64,000 nt of DNA. Origin: a bacterium (lineage in GTDB: Bacteria > UBA10199 > 2-02-FULL-50-16 > JAJFLM01). The stretch covers positions 64,001-128,000 of the forward strand of contig CBDCFN010000016.1 in assembly GCA_965216315.1 (NCBI GenBank). Reading direction: 5' to 3'. Positions 30,600-39,974 of the stretch are shown piece after piece; position 1 is the first letter of the stretch, and each line of letters begins with the position of its first letter. The notes beneath the pieces were generated by a model. It saw only the letters and a list, made by a program, of their open reading frames with translations. It did not search any database and was not told where the DNA came from. The translations under genes were made by a program, and so were the position numbers.

Positions 30600-31415
30600 T
30601 TAGAGCCCCATAATCACATCCACTTCATAACCAACCAGAACATTAAGCTGTGCATCTGTCACACCATCTGCTCGGATCCGATCAATTCGTGACGCTGAAA
30701 AACTAATGACATAATAAATGGACTCTAGAATCTCCGCACCGTCCGACGAATCTTTAAGAGCACACTCAATAGTCGACCGTGTCCAAGGTCGCAGCAAATA
30801 ACACCTGAGTAAGTCGGGTAGGGCTTGACTCGCATTGCGATCGCACAAAGTGAAAATCGCGGGAACGACCATTAAGTCGTCCGGATCCCCGAGCAACGTG
30901 CGATTAAGATCTGTTACCGTTTTATCATCGCATTCGAGAAGTCTTTCATGAGCCATGTGGCGAAGCAGCTGCTCTTGCCGGTAATCTAATGCAATATCCA
31001 GTAGCTGTTGCTTAGAACAAGCGTCGAGTTGGTGTGTCAGAATAATCTGCGGATCTGCGTCATTAAGTATCACTCCAGTCATAATTCTTTCAATTAACTT
31101 TTGGTCATCTGGATGTAGCACTACTGGTGACTCGAAATCGATGAACTCATCGACTGATGATGCCATAGCGCTTTCAATTTGATCAGTTAGCAAGGCTAAA
31201 CTCTGCCGTTCCGTCCGAAACGGTGTGGCGGTCAAAGCATAGTTTGAGGGTAAGCAGAGCCGCTGAAATTCGTCATGACTCGCGCTCAGTTGTTCAATAT
31301 TCGACACTGCTGGTTGTGCGTTAATCGTCGCGCTGGTAGCACTACCGGTATTAATTAAGGCCGCGCCGCTCGCGACGGAACAGAGCTGCGCGGATGTTAG
31401 TAAAACGTTATACAT
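30600..31415 (-). CDS. Hypothetical protein with HEAT-like repeats and an uncharged S/T/A-rich N-terminus
   Basis: SD GAGGAGG; segment LLGDPDDLMVVPAIFTLCDRNASQALPDLL resembles a HEAT/PBS repeat. Confidence 0.7.
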   Translation of the reverse strand: MYNVLLTSAQLCSVASGAALINTGSATSATINAQPAVSNIEQLSASHDEFQRLCLPSNYALTATPFRTERQSLALLTDQIESAMASSVDEFIDFESPVVLHPDDQKLIERIMTGVILNDADPQIILTHQLDACSKQQLLDIALDYRQEQLLRHMAHERLLECDDKTVTDLNRTLLGDPDDLMVVPAIFTLCDRNASQALPDLLRCYLLRPWTRSTIECALKDSSDGAEILESIYYVISFSASRIDRIRADGVTDAQLNVLVGYEVDVIMGL

Positions 31416-31455
31416 GGTCGTTCCTCCTCAAATGCCCCACACACGTTAGCGCTTA

Positions 31456-31596
31456 TCGGATGAGCCAATTGAATGTTGAGCGGAATGGCCTTGCAGTCAT
31501 TATTTCCGTTCACGGGAGTGGACGTGTGATCCACTCGAGTGTGCGAATAAATAATTGTATAGCAAAAGTTGCACAACAATAGCTACGGAACGCCGA
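31456..31596. promoter_or_regulatory. Divergent pair of composite palindrome + CAAC-N16-CGA promoters
   Basis: Minus: GTTCAC-GGGA-GTGGAC 31508-31523, gap 29, CAAC 31478-31475, CGATAA. Plus: ATCCAC-TCGA-GTGTGC 31529-31544, gap 29, CAAC 31574-31577, CGA 31594-31596. Confidence 0.72.
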
Positions 31597-31625
31597 CCGC
31601 TTAAAGCGATAGGAGGATCTTATTT

Positions 31626-32966
31626 ATGTACGTTGCCTCAGCAATAGCACTTGATTCATCAGGCCTGATAGCCGCGTCGACTTTTTCAACGGCTCAGATT
31701 AGTTCTGCTCATGTAACAGGAGACGCATCCATGATTGAGCCACCTGCAACGTCCTTGCCCGTTGCCGGGTGGCGCTCTTTTGGTCTACGTTCGGCTTCGA
31801 TTGTCCCCAAGTTATTATTGCCTTTGTCTTTGTTGGCGACGGGTTGTGAGCCGAGGAGTGCGCATACAACTCCTAAAACACCCTCTGTTGTGACAATTTC
31901 CTCCGAGGAAGAAATTCAGGCGGGGCCTCTCAATGATGACCTCCGTCTTGATGAGAGCGATCCGGAGAATCCGCTGCTGATCATTGAGGATTGGCATCTG
32001 TCTCGGTTACAACGGATATTTGTTGGTAGGCTCGGAGTAAAACATGATGTGGCCCAACGTTGGCTTGATGCGCGGCAGATTCCCTTGAGAGAATTGCACG
32101 CCGAGGCGGCCGTGGGAGAGGTGCTCAAGCTGGACGCGCTTCATGCCTTGGCGCGCCTTTATTTGAAATCACCGGCCGTGCTGGGGAACTTTAGCGAGTT
32201 GTATCCATCCGTCGTCGAAAGATTTCTCATTCTTATGCAGGATATCGCAGAGCTGCGGAAGCGTCCTACGATAGACGGTTTGTACGTGAGTCAGGGACGT
32301 CTCTTTGGTAGCCCGCGGTTTAGTGGCGGTTGGCGTTTGTCTCCGTCGGCTTCGGCCCGGATATTTCATGCGCAGTATTATTGGTATGTTCCTGGCGATG
32401 TCGGTTTGACTTCTGAACAACTCATCGCCGAGCTTAATGACCCTGTCGCTTTTTATGAGTCCCTTCCGCAGATGAAAGGGAGTTATGAACTCATCAAACT
32501 GCCAAACGCTGAACCGGGTCGAAAATATTATGAAATGACAGCCGGTCTTGCCGGAAGCCTCGAGTTAAAAACCCTGCTAAATGTGTCCGAGCCGGCGCTT
32601 TTTCTGGGAGGTGGTGTTTTTTTGTCTGATTGGAAGATGGAGGCGATGGATGCCGTGTTACTGCAAATAGCTCTGAACGATATCAGAAGAATCGTGATAC
32701 CTATAAAGAATGGCGGGCATGTTATAAGCGATGTTCGTCGGTCGGCTGTTGTGCCGGAACTACAAAAAGAGTTCAACGATACAGGTGTCCAACTGGTAGC
32801 CTTAGATTATTTGAATGAGGCGGTTTCAGTGTCGGTGCAGGCTGCCCAGCGCAAAGCGGGACAGGTGCCTGTTGAGCTGCGATTCACGTCAGGGTCCATT
32901 TGGAAGACCGGTCGCATGAATCAATGTTTTCCACCAAGAAAGTGTGACGCGCAAATTGCCGAGTAA
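31626..32966 (+). CDS. Hypothetical protein with S/A-rich leader and internal lipobox-like segment
   Basis: SD AGGAGG, 446-aa ORF; KLLLPLSLLATGC at about aa 61-73. Confidence 0.75.
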   Translation: MYVASAIALDSSGLIAASTFSTAQISSAHVTGDASMIEPPATSLPVAGWRSFGLRSASIVPKLLLPLSLLATGCEPRSAHTTPKTPSVVTISSEEEIQAGPLNDDLRLDESDPENPLLIIEDWHLSRLQRIFVGRLGVKHDVAQRWLDARQIPLRELHAEAAVGEVLKLDALHALARLYLKSPAVLGNFSELYPSVVERFLILMQDIAELRKRPTIDGLYVSQGRLFGSPRFSGGWRLSPSASARIFHAQYYWYVPGDVGLTSEQLIAELNDPVAFYESLPQMKGSYELIKLPNAEPGRKYYEMTAGLAGSLELKTLLNVSEPALFLGGGVFLSDWKMEAMDAVLLQIALNDIRRIVIPIKNGGHVISDVRRSAVVPELQKEFNDTGVQLVALDYLNEAVSVSVQAAQRKAGQVPVELRFTSGSIWKTGRMNQCFPPRKCDAQIAE

Positions 32967-33073
32967 CGTATGAGTCACATAAATATAATTTTGCTTCGGT
33001 GTGTATCATTAATAGTTTCGTCATTCGGCACGGCATTACAAAAACTTTGTCAACCCCAGTCAATGAAAGGGAG

Positions 33074-33718
33074 TTATTTGGGTGTCCGAATCATTTCAAA
33101 TACACCTGGCTTGATCCGAGCATTTGAACTGCGACCTGATGGCGTCACGGGTCCTTTGATGGGATTATTGAGCTGATATGTTTGTGGCTCATCATCTTCA
33201 CTGTCCGATGACTTTGGCGTATCGACCGTAAAGGCATCGGGCTCCGGCGCGGGAAATTCCATGACCGGCTCTTCGGCGTAGGCGACCGTTTCTTCATTTT
33301 CATTCTCCGCCCAGTTGATGACGATTGTGCCGAGATCTATGTCGCCGTGGCCCGCCGGGACGGAGAAGGTAGCGCTAAATTCCACTTCGTTAAGGGGGAA
33401 AAAGACGGTGATGGTTTGGTCAGCGACGACGAGTTGGAGGCCGTAATTGTCGCCGACGTGGACCAGACCTTTGAAAGTACAGTCGGATGAGAGCTGCAGG
33501 GAAAAGGCGTTTTCTATCGGTGCACTGATGGCAACGACTTCGTCGACTTCACAGCTGCCATCAAGGAGGATGCGTCCTGCGACACTACGGAATTGGTGTG
33601 GATTGGTCGCTTCAGTGCCGCCCTGAAAATTCCATTCCGCAGGACCGCCGGCTTGGCAGGCCACGAGGCCCCAGATCAATAATAAACTCGCGACGCGGAT
33701 GAGGCGGATTTTCTTCAT
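33074..33718 (-). CDS. Lipoprotein, partner of the TIGR02147 protein
   Basis: MKKIRLIRVASLLLIWGLVAC lipobox; overlaps the upstream stop (ATGA); paralogous to 41943-42650. Confidence 0.8.
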   Translation of the reverse strand: MKKIRLIRVASLLLIWGLVACQAGGPAEWNFQGGTEATNPHQFRSVAGRILLDGSCEVDEVVAISAPIENAFSLQLSSDCTFKGLVHVGDNYGLQLVVADQTITVFFPLNEVEFSATFSVPAGHGDIDLGTIVINWAENENEETVAYAEEPVMEFPAPEPDAFTVDTPKSSDSEDDEPQTYQLNNPIKGPVTPSGRSSNARIKPGVFEMIRTPK

Positions 33719-34599
33719 GTGCGTTTTTCCTTATTTTCGGTTGCCGTGACCGGTAGGAGCTGCAGGGAGAGGAGTACGACTTCTTCGGGTTCCGTTACGC
33801 TTGAGACCAATTTAAGAATCTCGCCACGAAACTCTTCAATTTTCTTTTTTAGGATCGGAATATCGGAACACTTGATTCCTAAGGTAAGGGCGCTGATATC
33901 GCGTTGATCGGGTTTGACCTCGGCCATGCGATTCCTCATGAGCTCGAGTATGCTGTGATAGTAATTGAAAAGCGGAATGTGTGAGGCATCTTGTCCTGAA
34001 GTGACAAGCGGAGAAGACTGTTCCCATTTGACGGACTCTTTGTCGGAGGTTCGTTTAATAAACTCCATGCGTTCGAGTAGTTCGAGGGATTCCGCGACTT
34101 GACCGGAAGAGATGGCAGGCTTGATGCGCCGGGCGATCCATTCATGGGTACCGTCATATTCCGGGGAGATCGCAAGTTCGCGGACGACCGGATGATACCA
34201 AGTTGAATAGTAGTCGTATTGATACCTGGCGACGGGTTGGAGCCGGTGATATTCTTGCGAACAGACGAGTTTCCGATAAAAGCTATTTTTTTCGTCATGG
34301 GATGTGGCCTGATTAAAAAAGACAAGATTGGTGAAATATTCCGCTTCCGGACGACCGAGAGTGAGGCCGCGGATGAATTTTTTTATACTGGACTCCGTGA
34401 GATTGCGGTCCCCGTCCATGACGAATTTATACACGCTGGGGGAACGTAGTCCGGCCTTGCGGGAGAAGAAGCGATAGGAGAAGTTATATGCTTGTTTGGC
34501 CTGCTCCAGCCAGTCGCGCAGAAATTGGCGATAATCGAGATAGTCAAAGATACTGACTTCCTGCTTAGGTTTCGATTGTGTCTCTTCAAGTACGAACAT
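33715..34599 (-). CDS. TIGR02147 family (DUF4423) HTH-containing protein
   Basis: IFDYLDYRQFLRDW, FSYRFFSRKAGLRSPS, YYSTWYHPVVREL, RDISALTLGI. Confidence 0.9.
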   Translation of the reverse strand: MFVLEETQSKPKQEVSIFDYLDYRQFLRDWLEQAKQAYNFSYRFFSRKAGLRSPSVYKFVMDGDRNLTESSIKKFIRGLTLGRPEAEYFTNLVFFNQATSHDEKNSFYRKLVCSQEYHRLQPVARYQYDYYSTWYHPVVRELAISPEYDGTHEWIARRIKPAISSGQVAESLELLERMEFIKRTSDKESVKWEQSSPLVTSGQDASHIPLFNYYHSILELMRNRMAEVKPDQRDISALTLGIKCSDIPILKKKIEEFRGEILKLVSSVTEPEEVVLLSLQLLPVTATENKEKRT

Positions 34600-34621
34600 G
34601 CCGTTTCCTTAGCTGTATTTA

Positions 34622-34765
34622 TCGACGACGTACTGCGATCGTTGCGTTCGGGTCCACTGCAAGTCGTGACAAAACGTCCACGCGAGTGGACAAGCTAATT
34701 GTAATTATCGGCTGATAACGGGAGACGTTGTGGCAAAGGCGGCGTTTCTGTTTACGTGAGTCAAC
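34622..34765 (-). promoter_or_regulatory. Two tandem composite palindrome + CAAC-N16-CGATAA promoters
   Basis: GTCCAC-GCGA-GTGGAC 34676-34691, gap 31 to CAAC 34644-34641; GTTTAC-GTGA-GTCAAC 34750-34765, gap 19 to CAAC 34730-34727; both followed by N16-CGATAA. Confidence 0.75.
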
Positions 34766-34822
34766 AGTTGTTATTGGCATAAATTAACTGGCAGGGGCGA
34801 AGTGATTCTTTGCCTTATTAAT

Positions 34823-35968
34823 TTAGTTGGTTTTAGTGAGTAGCGCAGGCAATTCTTTTAGGCATATCGACAACGGGATAACATCGATTTTTCCTTCACT
34901 CATGCGTCGGGACCCTCCATAGACGAGATAGGCCTTGGCTTGAGGATAGTCGCGCAAGAAAGATCTCAGACCGGAAAAATCCTTTTTTTGAATTTTGGCG
35001 GTGCGCTTGATTTCAATCGCGACGAGGCCTTGTTTGCCATACAGGATGAAGTCGACTTCTGCTCCATTGGCGGTGCGCCAGTAGAAGAGTTCGTAACCCG
35101 GATTATAATAGTCGTTAATGGCCCTGAGCTCCTGAAACAAGAGTGTTTCAAAGGAGACCCCTTCGATTTCTTCAGGCCTGTCCAGCGGCCCCGCTGGGCG
35201 TATGGTCCTGAAGACCCCCACATCAAAGAAATAGAATTTTGGATGGGTGACCGTGCGTCGTTTGGCTCGTTTGGTGAAGACGGGGAGTCGGACACCGATT
35301 AAGAGGTCTTCCAGAATAGTAAAGTAACTTTCTACGACTTTTCGCTCAGTGGCGCATTCACGCGCGACTTCTGAAATATTGAGTACAGAGCCTTGAGAAA
35401 AACTTGCGGCCTCCATAAACCGTGCAAAGGTTCCGAGGTTGCGAGTGAGCCCTTCTGCCTGGACTTCTTCTTTGAGATAAGTCTTAACATAACTCTCAAG
35501 ATATTTTTTGGGGTCGGGTTCGCTTGGAATGGCCGGTAAGTGTCCAAACTGGAGCGAGCGCTCTAAATTAAAGTCACGGCCGAGTTCATTTGTTGTAAGT
35601 GGATACAGATTATAGGTGAGGGCGCGTCCTGCCAGTAGATTGACGCCTTTGCGGCGTAATTTTCGGGCACTGGATCCCGTTAGGATAAAGTGATGCCGTT
35701 TTTTTTCGATGAGACGATGCACTTCATCTAGTAGTGTTGGGACTTTCTGGATTTCATCGATAATGATCCAGTCATCAAAACCTTGAGGGATAAAGTTTTC
35801 GAGTCTTTGCGGGTGAGCTAAGAGATCAGTGTATATATCGGCTTCCAATAGGTCCAGGTAGAGCGCATCAGGATATTGCTTTTGAACCCAAGTTGATTTT
35901 CCGGTTCCGCGCGGGCCAAAAAGAAAGAAACTTTTTTTTTCGGGGGGCTTGAGTAATCTGGAGTACAT
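34823..35968 (-). CDS. AAA+ ATPase with DUF4143 (AAA_14 family)
   Basis: GPRGTGKS, IIIDEIQK, LTGSSA, NLLAGRA, KFYFFDVG, EVDFI..AIEIK. Confidence 0.92.
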   Translation of the reverse strand: MYSRLLKPPEKKSFFLFGPRGTGKSTWVQKQYPDALYLDLLEADIYTDLLAHPQRLENFIPQGFDDWIIIDEIQKVPTLLDEVHRLIEKKRHHFILTGSSARKLRRKGVNLLAGRALTYNLYPLTTNELGRDFNLERSLQFGHLPAIPSEPDPKKYLESYVKTYLKEEVQAEGLTRNLGTFARFMEAASFSQGSVLNISEVARECATERKVVESYFTILEDLLIGVRLPVFTKRAKRRTVTHPKFYFFDVGVFRTIRPAGPLDRPEEIEGVSFETLLFQELRAINDYYNPGYELFYWRTANGAEVDFILYGKQGLVAIEIKRTAKIQKKDFSGLRSFLRDYPQAKAYLVYGGSRRMSEGKIDVIPLSICLKELPALLTKTN

Positions 35969-35986
35969 AACTCCATAATGCATATA

Positions 35987-36011
35987 AATATGGAATTATC
36001 AATTCCATATT
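35987..36011. repeat. Perfect inverted repeat upstream of the AAA/DUF4143 gene
   Basis: AATATGGAATT-ATC-AATTCCATATT. Confidence 0.7.
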
Positions 36012-36056
36012 GCATATTATTTATATTGAGAGAAGATGTATAAATATCTAATAATA

Positions 36057-37316
36057 TCAGCTAGTTATCTTTATATCGGAGACCTCATCTTCTTCTACAG
36101 CAATTTGTTCGTTCTCAGCCATCTCGTCTTGAACCGCCGCGGCTAAATCTTCAGTGATGACGACGCGTAGTCGGGCGGGTGTTTTCATGCGGTGCCATTC
36201 GTCGGCCAACTGGAGGCGGACGTCTTGAAAGTCTTTGTAAGCAGAGGCGGAATGATTCATTTCTTCATGGATGGCGAGTTTATTGAGCCTTGATCTGACA
36301 AATCTATAAAGAATCACGACGGCTATCCCGAGGCTCATAAAATATCCAGCAAGAGAGATCGTAGGAATGGTGCAGGATCCAAAATAGAAGAGCATGAACC
36401 CCAGAATAAATGGGAATTCGGTGTTCCAAAAATTACTCATTATTAGCCTATCCGCTTGTAGCTCTTGGTTCAAGCGCAGTTCCTGTTTGTCGAGGGTGAG
36501 GCGCGCCTCTTCCAGCTGAATCCGAGTCGATTCGAACAGGATATTCTGCTGATCATTTTTTTCGGAATGAGTGCTGAGTTGTTTGGAGAGGGTATCGGCC
36601 AAACGGCGGAGCAGGAGACGTTCTGGGCGATGGATATCGATGACGTTCGGTGCCACGCGATAGAGTTGATCAAGCTCACATGAGCCGGGGATTTCTATTA
36701 GTTTTATGTCTGCGCCCGTTGCGTTGGCGTGAATAAACTTGGTCAGTTGCGCCAGCGCTTCTAGCTCTAAGGTAATATCAGGACGGCCTAAGAGCTGTAT
36801 GAGGACAATGAGTGCATAGTTTTGTAATAAATCCGCTGCGACATAAATATGAGCATAACTACTATCAAGATAACTTTTATTTAATCGAGGTTGTTGTGCG
36901 CTGATGAAAGCCCGCATTATTTGAATACCCCGCCGGGTTTCTTGCTGAGGGGTGGCGGCTTCAAAGGCTTGCAGGGCGGCGATTTTTTCTCGCAGCGAAA
37001 TCTCTCGGGAACTGAGCAGAGCGGCCAGCTCCGTTAAATTCCAGCCGTGTCGAATTCGGTAAGGGGCTCGGGGCGGCCCTGTTTCATCAGCGCTCATAAA
37101 ACAAGGTGCAACTTGTTGAGTCATGAGCTGTTCCGTATAGGACTGTGCTGCCGCGCGATCCGTAAGTTGTGCAAAGTGATAGTGTTGATCGAGTTGGCAC
37201 TGATAAGCGGAGATGCTGGCTGGCACTCCTGAGCAGGAGACATCAAAAACCGAGTAGGTACTGGAGACCAGCTGAGTCGGTACGACTGACGATGAAAGCA
37301 CTGTCGAAGAGAACAT
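36057..37316 (-). CDS. Hypothetical membrane protein (coiled-coil plus two C-terminal TM helices) with S/V-rich N-terminus
   Basis: Hydrophobic FPFILGFMLFYFG / LAGYFMSLGIAVVILY; start placed at ATG 37316 after the promoter motif. Confidence 0.7.
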   Translation of the reverse strand: MFSSTVLSSSVVPTQLVSSTYSVFDVSCSGVPASISAYQCQLDQHYHFAQLTDRAAAQSYTEQLMTQQVAPCFMSADETGPPRAPYRIRHGWNLTELAALLSSREISLREKIAALQAFEAATPQQETRRGIQIMRAFISAQQPRLNKSYLDSSYAHIYVAADLLQNYALIVLIQLLGRPDITLELEALAQLTKFIHANATGADIKLIEIPGSCELDQLYRVAPNVIDIHRPERLLLRRLADTLSKQLSTHSEKNDQQNILFESTRIQLEEARLTLDKQELRLNQELQADRLIMSNFWNTEFPFILGFMLFYFGSCTIPTISLAGYFMSLGIAVVILYRFVRSRLNKLAIHEEMNHSASAYKDFQDVRLQLADEWHRMKTPARLRVVITEDLAAAVQDEMAENEQIAVEEDEVSDIKITS

Positions 37317-37326
37317 AACAGCATTT

Positions 37327-37437
37327 TCGCGATGAGAGGGGAATCGTTGCGGGAGAGTTGACCTCGCATCACATAAAGCGTCCACATCCGTGGATGATAA
37401 TTTTCTTCCACGACAACTAAGTCTTGGTCCTCAGCGA
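37327..37437. promoter_or_regulatory. Shared palindrome with divergent CAAC-N16/17-CGA promoters
   Basis: GTCCAC-ATCC-GTGGAT 37380-37395; minus CAAC 37349-37346 (gap 30) N16 CGAAAA; plus CAAC 37414-37417 (gap 18) N17 CGAGAA. Confidence 0.6.
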
Positions 37438-37480
37438 GAATGGAGTGAAATAAGTGCGCACCATTTGAAGGAGGAATAGG

Positions 37481-39967
37481 ATGTATAGCAAACTGAATTT
37501 AGCGGTAGGATTTTTTATTCTCATGCTTGGGGTAATGCCTCTATCAGCTAGGGCTGCAACAATTACCGTCGATACCAATGCAGATCTTACTGATGGTAAT
37601 AGCAGCGGCTTTTGCAATCTGCGTGAAGCAATTGAAAATGCCAATGATCCGAATGGCGTTGATCAGTCCGGTGGCGATTGTGAAAGCGGCGACATCGGGC
37701 ACGATGAAGTTGTATTTGATGACATCACGAATACGATTCCGATTGTCATTAACTTCAACGGCCCGGGCGATTTAGATATTACTGATAGCGTCACGGTGAG
37801 TGGCAATGGCCCAGCTCAGACCATAATTGACGGTAACTCCTTATTCCGCCTCTTTGATATCGTTGCCGGTGCCGGAGGCGTCATACTAAGCGGACTAACC
37901 ATGCAGCACGCATCAGCGGATGCCGGTGCCGCGGTGCGGGCCTTTTCCGATTTGACAATAGAGAACTGCCTAATCACCGACAATGAGCAGACAGATGCCG
38001 CCAGTGGTGGCGGAGGCATTTCGGTAGGTGGGATTGGCACGACCCTCATCATTCAGAACAGTACGCTCTCCAATCATACGAGCGTCGCCGGATCAGGGGG
38101 TGCGCTCTACAGCGCCGGCCTCTCGTCTAACGTCTCAATCATTAATAGTACGGTGAGCGGGAACAATGCGGGAAGTAATGAAGACGGCGGTGGAATATTT
38201 CATTTAGGTGGAACGCTCACGATAAAGAATTCAACCATAACAAATAATTCAGCAGCCATGGGAGGCACCGGTGGAGGGCTCTTTGTTGCGGGTGGCCTCG
38301 TGAATATATCCAATACGATCCTGGCGCTGAACACGGCTTTTGATTCGTCTGACTGTTCAGGGACTATTACGAGTTCTACTTACAATATCATCAGTGACAC
38401 GCAAGGCTGCACGCTGGATTCAGCCATGGGCAATTTGCTTCACGTCGACCCGCTTGTAGGTGAATTGACCGATAATGGTGGGCTCATGGCCACACATGCA
38501 TTATTGCCGGGGAGTCCAGCCATTGATCAGGGTAGCAGCGTAGCCTGTGCCGATTCCGATCTCAATGGAATAGATCAGCGCGGGAGTCCAAGGTGTGTGG
38601 ATGCCAAAGGGCTTGGAAATCCAAATGCTATCGACATTGGGGCTTATGAAGTACAGGCTCATACCGTCACCAAGTTAGAAGATGTAAGTGGGGTACTTTG
38701 TGCGATAAACGATTGCTCACTCCGTGATGCCCTTGCCGTTGCGAATATAGCGAAGGGAACCGATGCTATCAATTTTGCGGATTCCGTTGCAGGTACAATG
38801 AATATTGATCCGAACCTGGGTCAATTATTGGTGTCGGATAACGTGGCTATTTACGGACCGGGCGCCGATGTATTGAACCTTGATGCCAATAAGATGAACC
38901 GAATTCTCCTTTTGAGTGGAATTGCAAATACGGCTGAAATTTCAGGACTGACCTTCAATCAGGGGGGTATCAGCGGCGGTAATGTGGGAGCTATATCAAG
39001 TACGGGGAATTTGTTTCTAAGAAACTGTGCTGTCCGCAATAGTGTGAGCGGTAGCAATGGTGCGGGCATTACCAATGCCGGCAGCGGCAATCTTGTGATT
39101 GAAAATTGCACGGTCAGCAATAATGTTGCCGAAGCGGGTGCCGGCGGCGGCATCTATCAAGGCAGCAGTGGTGCATTAACGATTACGAACAGCACCTTGA
39201 GCGGCAATCAAGCAGAACTCGGTGGCGGCGCTCTCTACGTCGGGAACGGGTCGGTATCGCTCAATAATATCTCCATGACCGGCAATGTCGTGCAAGCCGG
39301 CGACGGCGGCGGCATCTATCGCACCAACGGTACCATTAACGTGCGCAATTCGTTAATTGTAGGCAACAGCGATCTAGAAATGAGCGTTGATGCTCCGGAT
39401 TGCTACGTGACCGGCATCTTGCCGGCCATTCAGTCGCTCGGATATAACCTCTTGGGGGATGTCGACATCGGAGATGATGACTGCAACTTTAACGGACCCG
39501 GCGACATTTTGGATTTCATTGCAAGTGGGGGGAGTATCAATGGCATCCTCGATACGACATTGCGCAACAACGGCGGCTCTACGCTGACTCATGCCTTAGT
39601 GGCGTCGAGCCCGGCCATTGACGCCGGCGATGCGAACGGTTGCTCGGATGCCGAAGACGTTACACTTGCGACGGATCAGCGGGGATGGACGCGTCCGGTC
39701 GGAAGCGCCTGTGACATCGGGGCCTATGAGGTCGGGTTTTGCGGGGATGGCATCGTGGATCCGGGTGAAGAGTGCGATGATGGCAATACCGATGACGGCG
39801 ACGGTTGCAACAGCGGGTGTGAGATCGAAGTGGCCTCCGGTGAAGATGGAGGCGAGGCCGGTTCAGGTGATGGCTTAGGTGATGATGGTAATGATGATAG
39901 CAGCGACTTAGGAGCTGCGGAAGATTCCGGCATCAATTCAGGCGGCGGGTGTTCCTTAATGCGTTAG
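37481..39967 (+). CDS. Secreted CSLREA / choice-of-anchor Q beta-helix repeat protein with a Myxococcus-type Cys-rich repeat
   Basis: Signal peptide; CNLREAI and CSLRDAL; GGGI repeats; DNGG..THAL..SPAID, DQRG, DIGAYE; CGDGIVDPGEECDDGN; ends GGGCSLMR. Confidence 0.88.
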   Translation: MYSKLNLAVGFFILMLGVMPLSARAATITVDTNADLTDGNSSGFCNLREAIENANDPNGVDQSGGDCESGDIGHDEVVFDDITNTIPIVINFNGPGDLDITDSVTVSGNGPAQTIIDGNSLFRLFDIVAGAGGVILSGLTMQHASADAGAAVRAFSDLTIENCLITDNEQTDAASGGGGISVGGIGTTLIIQNSTLSNHTSVAGSGGALYSAGLSSNVSIINSTVSGNNAGSNEDGGGIFHLGGTLTIKNSTITNNSAAMGGTGGGLFVAGGLVNISNTILALNTAFDSSDCSGTITSSTYNIISDTQGCTLDSAMGNLLHVDPLVGELTDNGGLMATHALLPGSPAIDQGSSVACADSDLNGIDQRGSPRCVDAKGLGNPNAIDIGAYEVQAHTVTKLEDVSGVLCAINDCSLRDALAVANIAKGTDAINFADSVAGTMNIDPNLGQLLVSDNVAIYGPGADVLNLDANKMNRILLLSGIANTAEISGLTFNQGGISGGNVGAISSTGNLFLRNCAVRNSVSGSNGAGITNAGSGNLVIENCTVSNNVAEAGAGGGIYQGSSGALTITNSTLSGNQAELGGGALYVGNGSVSLNNISMTGNVVQAGDGGGIYRTNGTINVRNSLIVGNSDLEMSVDAPDCYVTGILPAIQSLGYNLLGDVDIGDDDCNFNGPGDILDFIASGGSINGILDTTLRNNGGSTLTHALVASSPAIDAGDANGCSDAEDVTLATDQRGWTRPVGSACDIGAYEVGFCGDGIVDPGEECDDGNTDDGDGCNSGCEIEVASGEDGGEAGSGDGLGDDGNDDSSDLGAAEDSGINSGGGCSLMR

Positions 39968-39974
39968 TAGCTAA

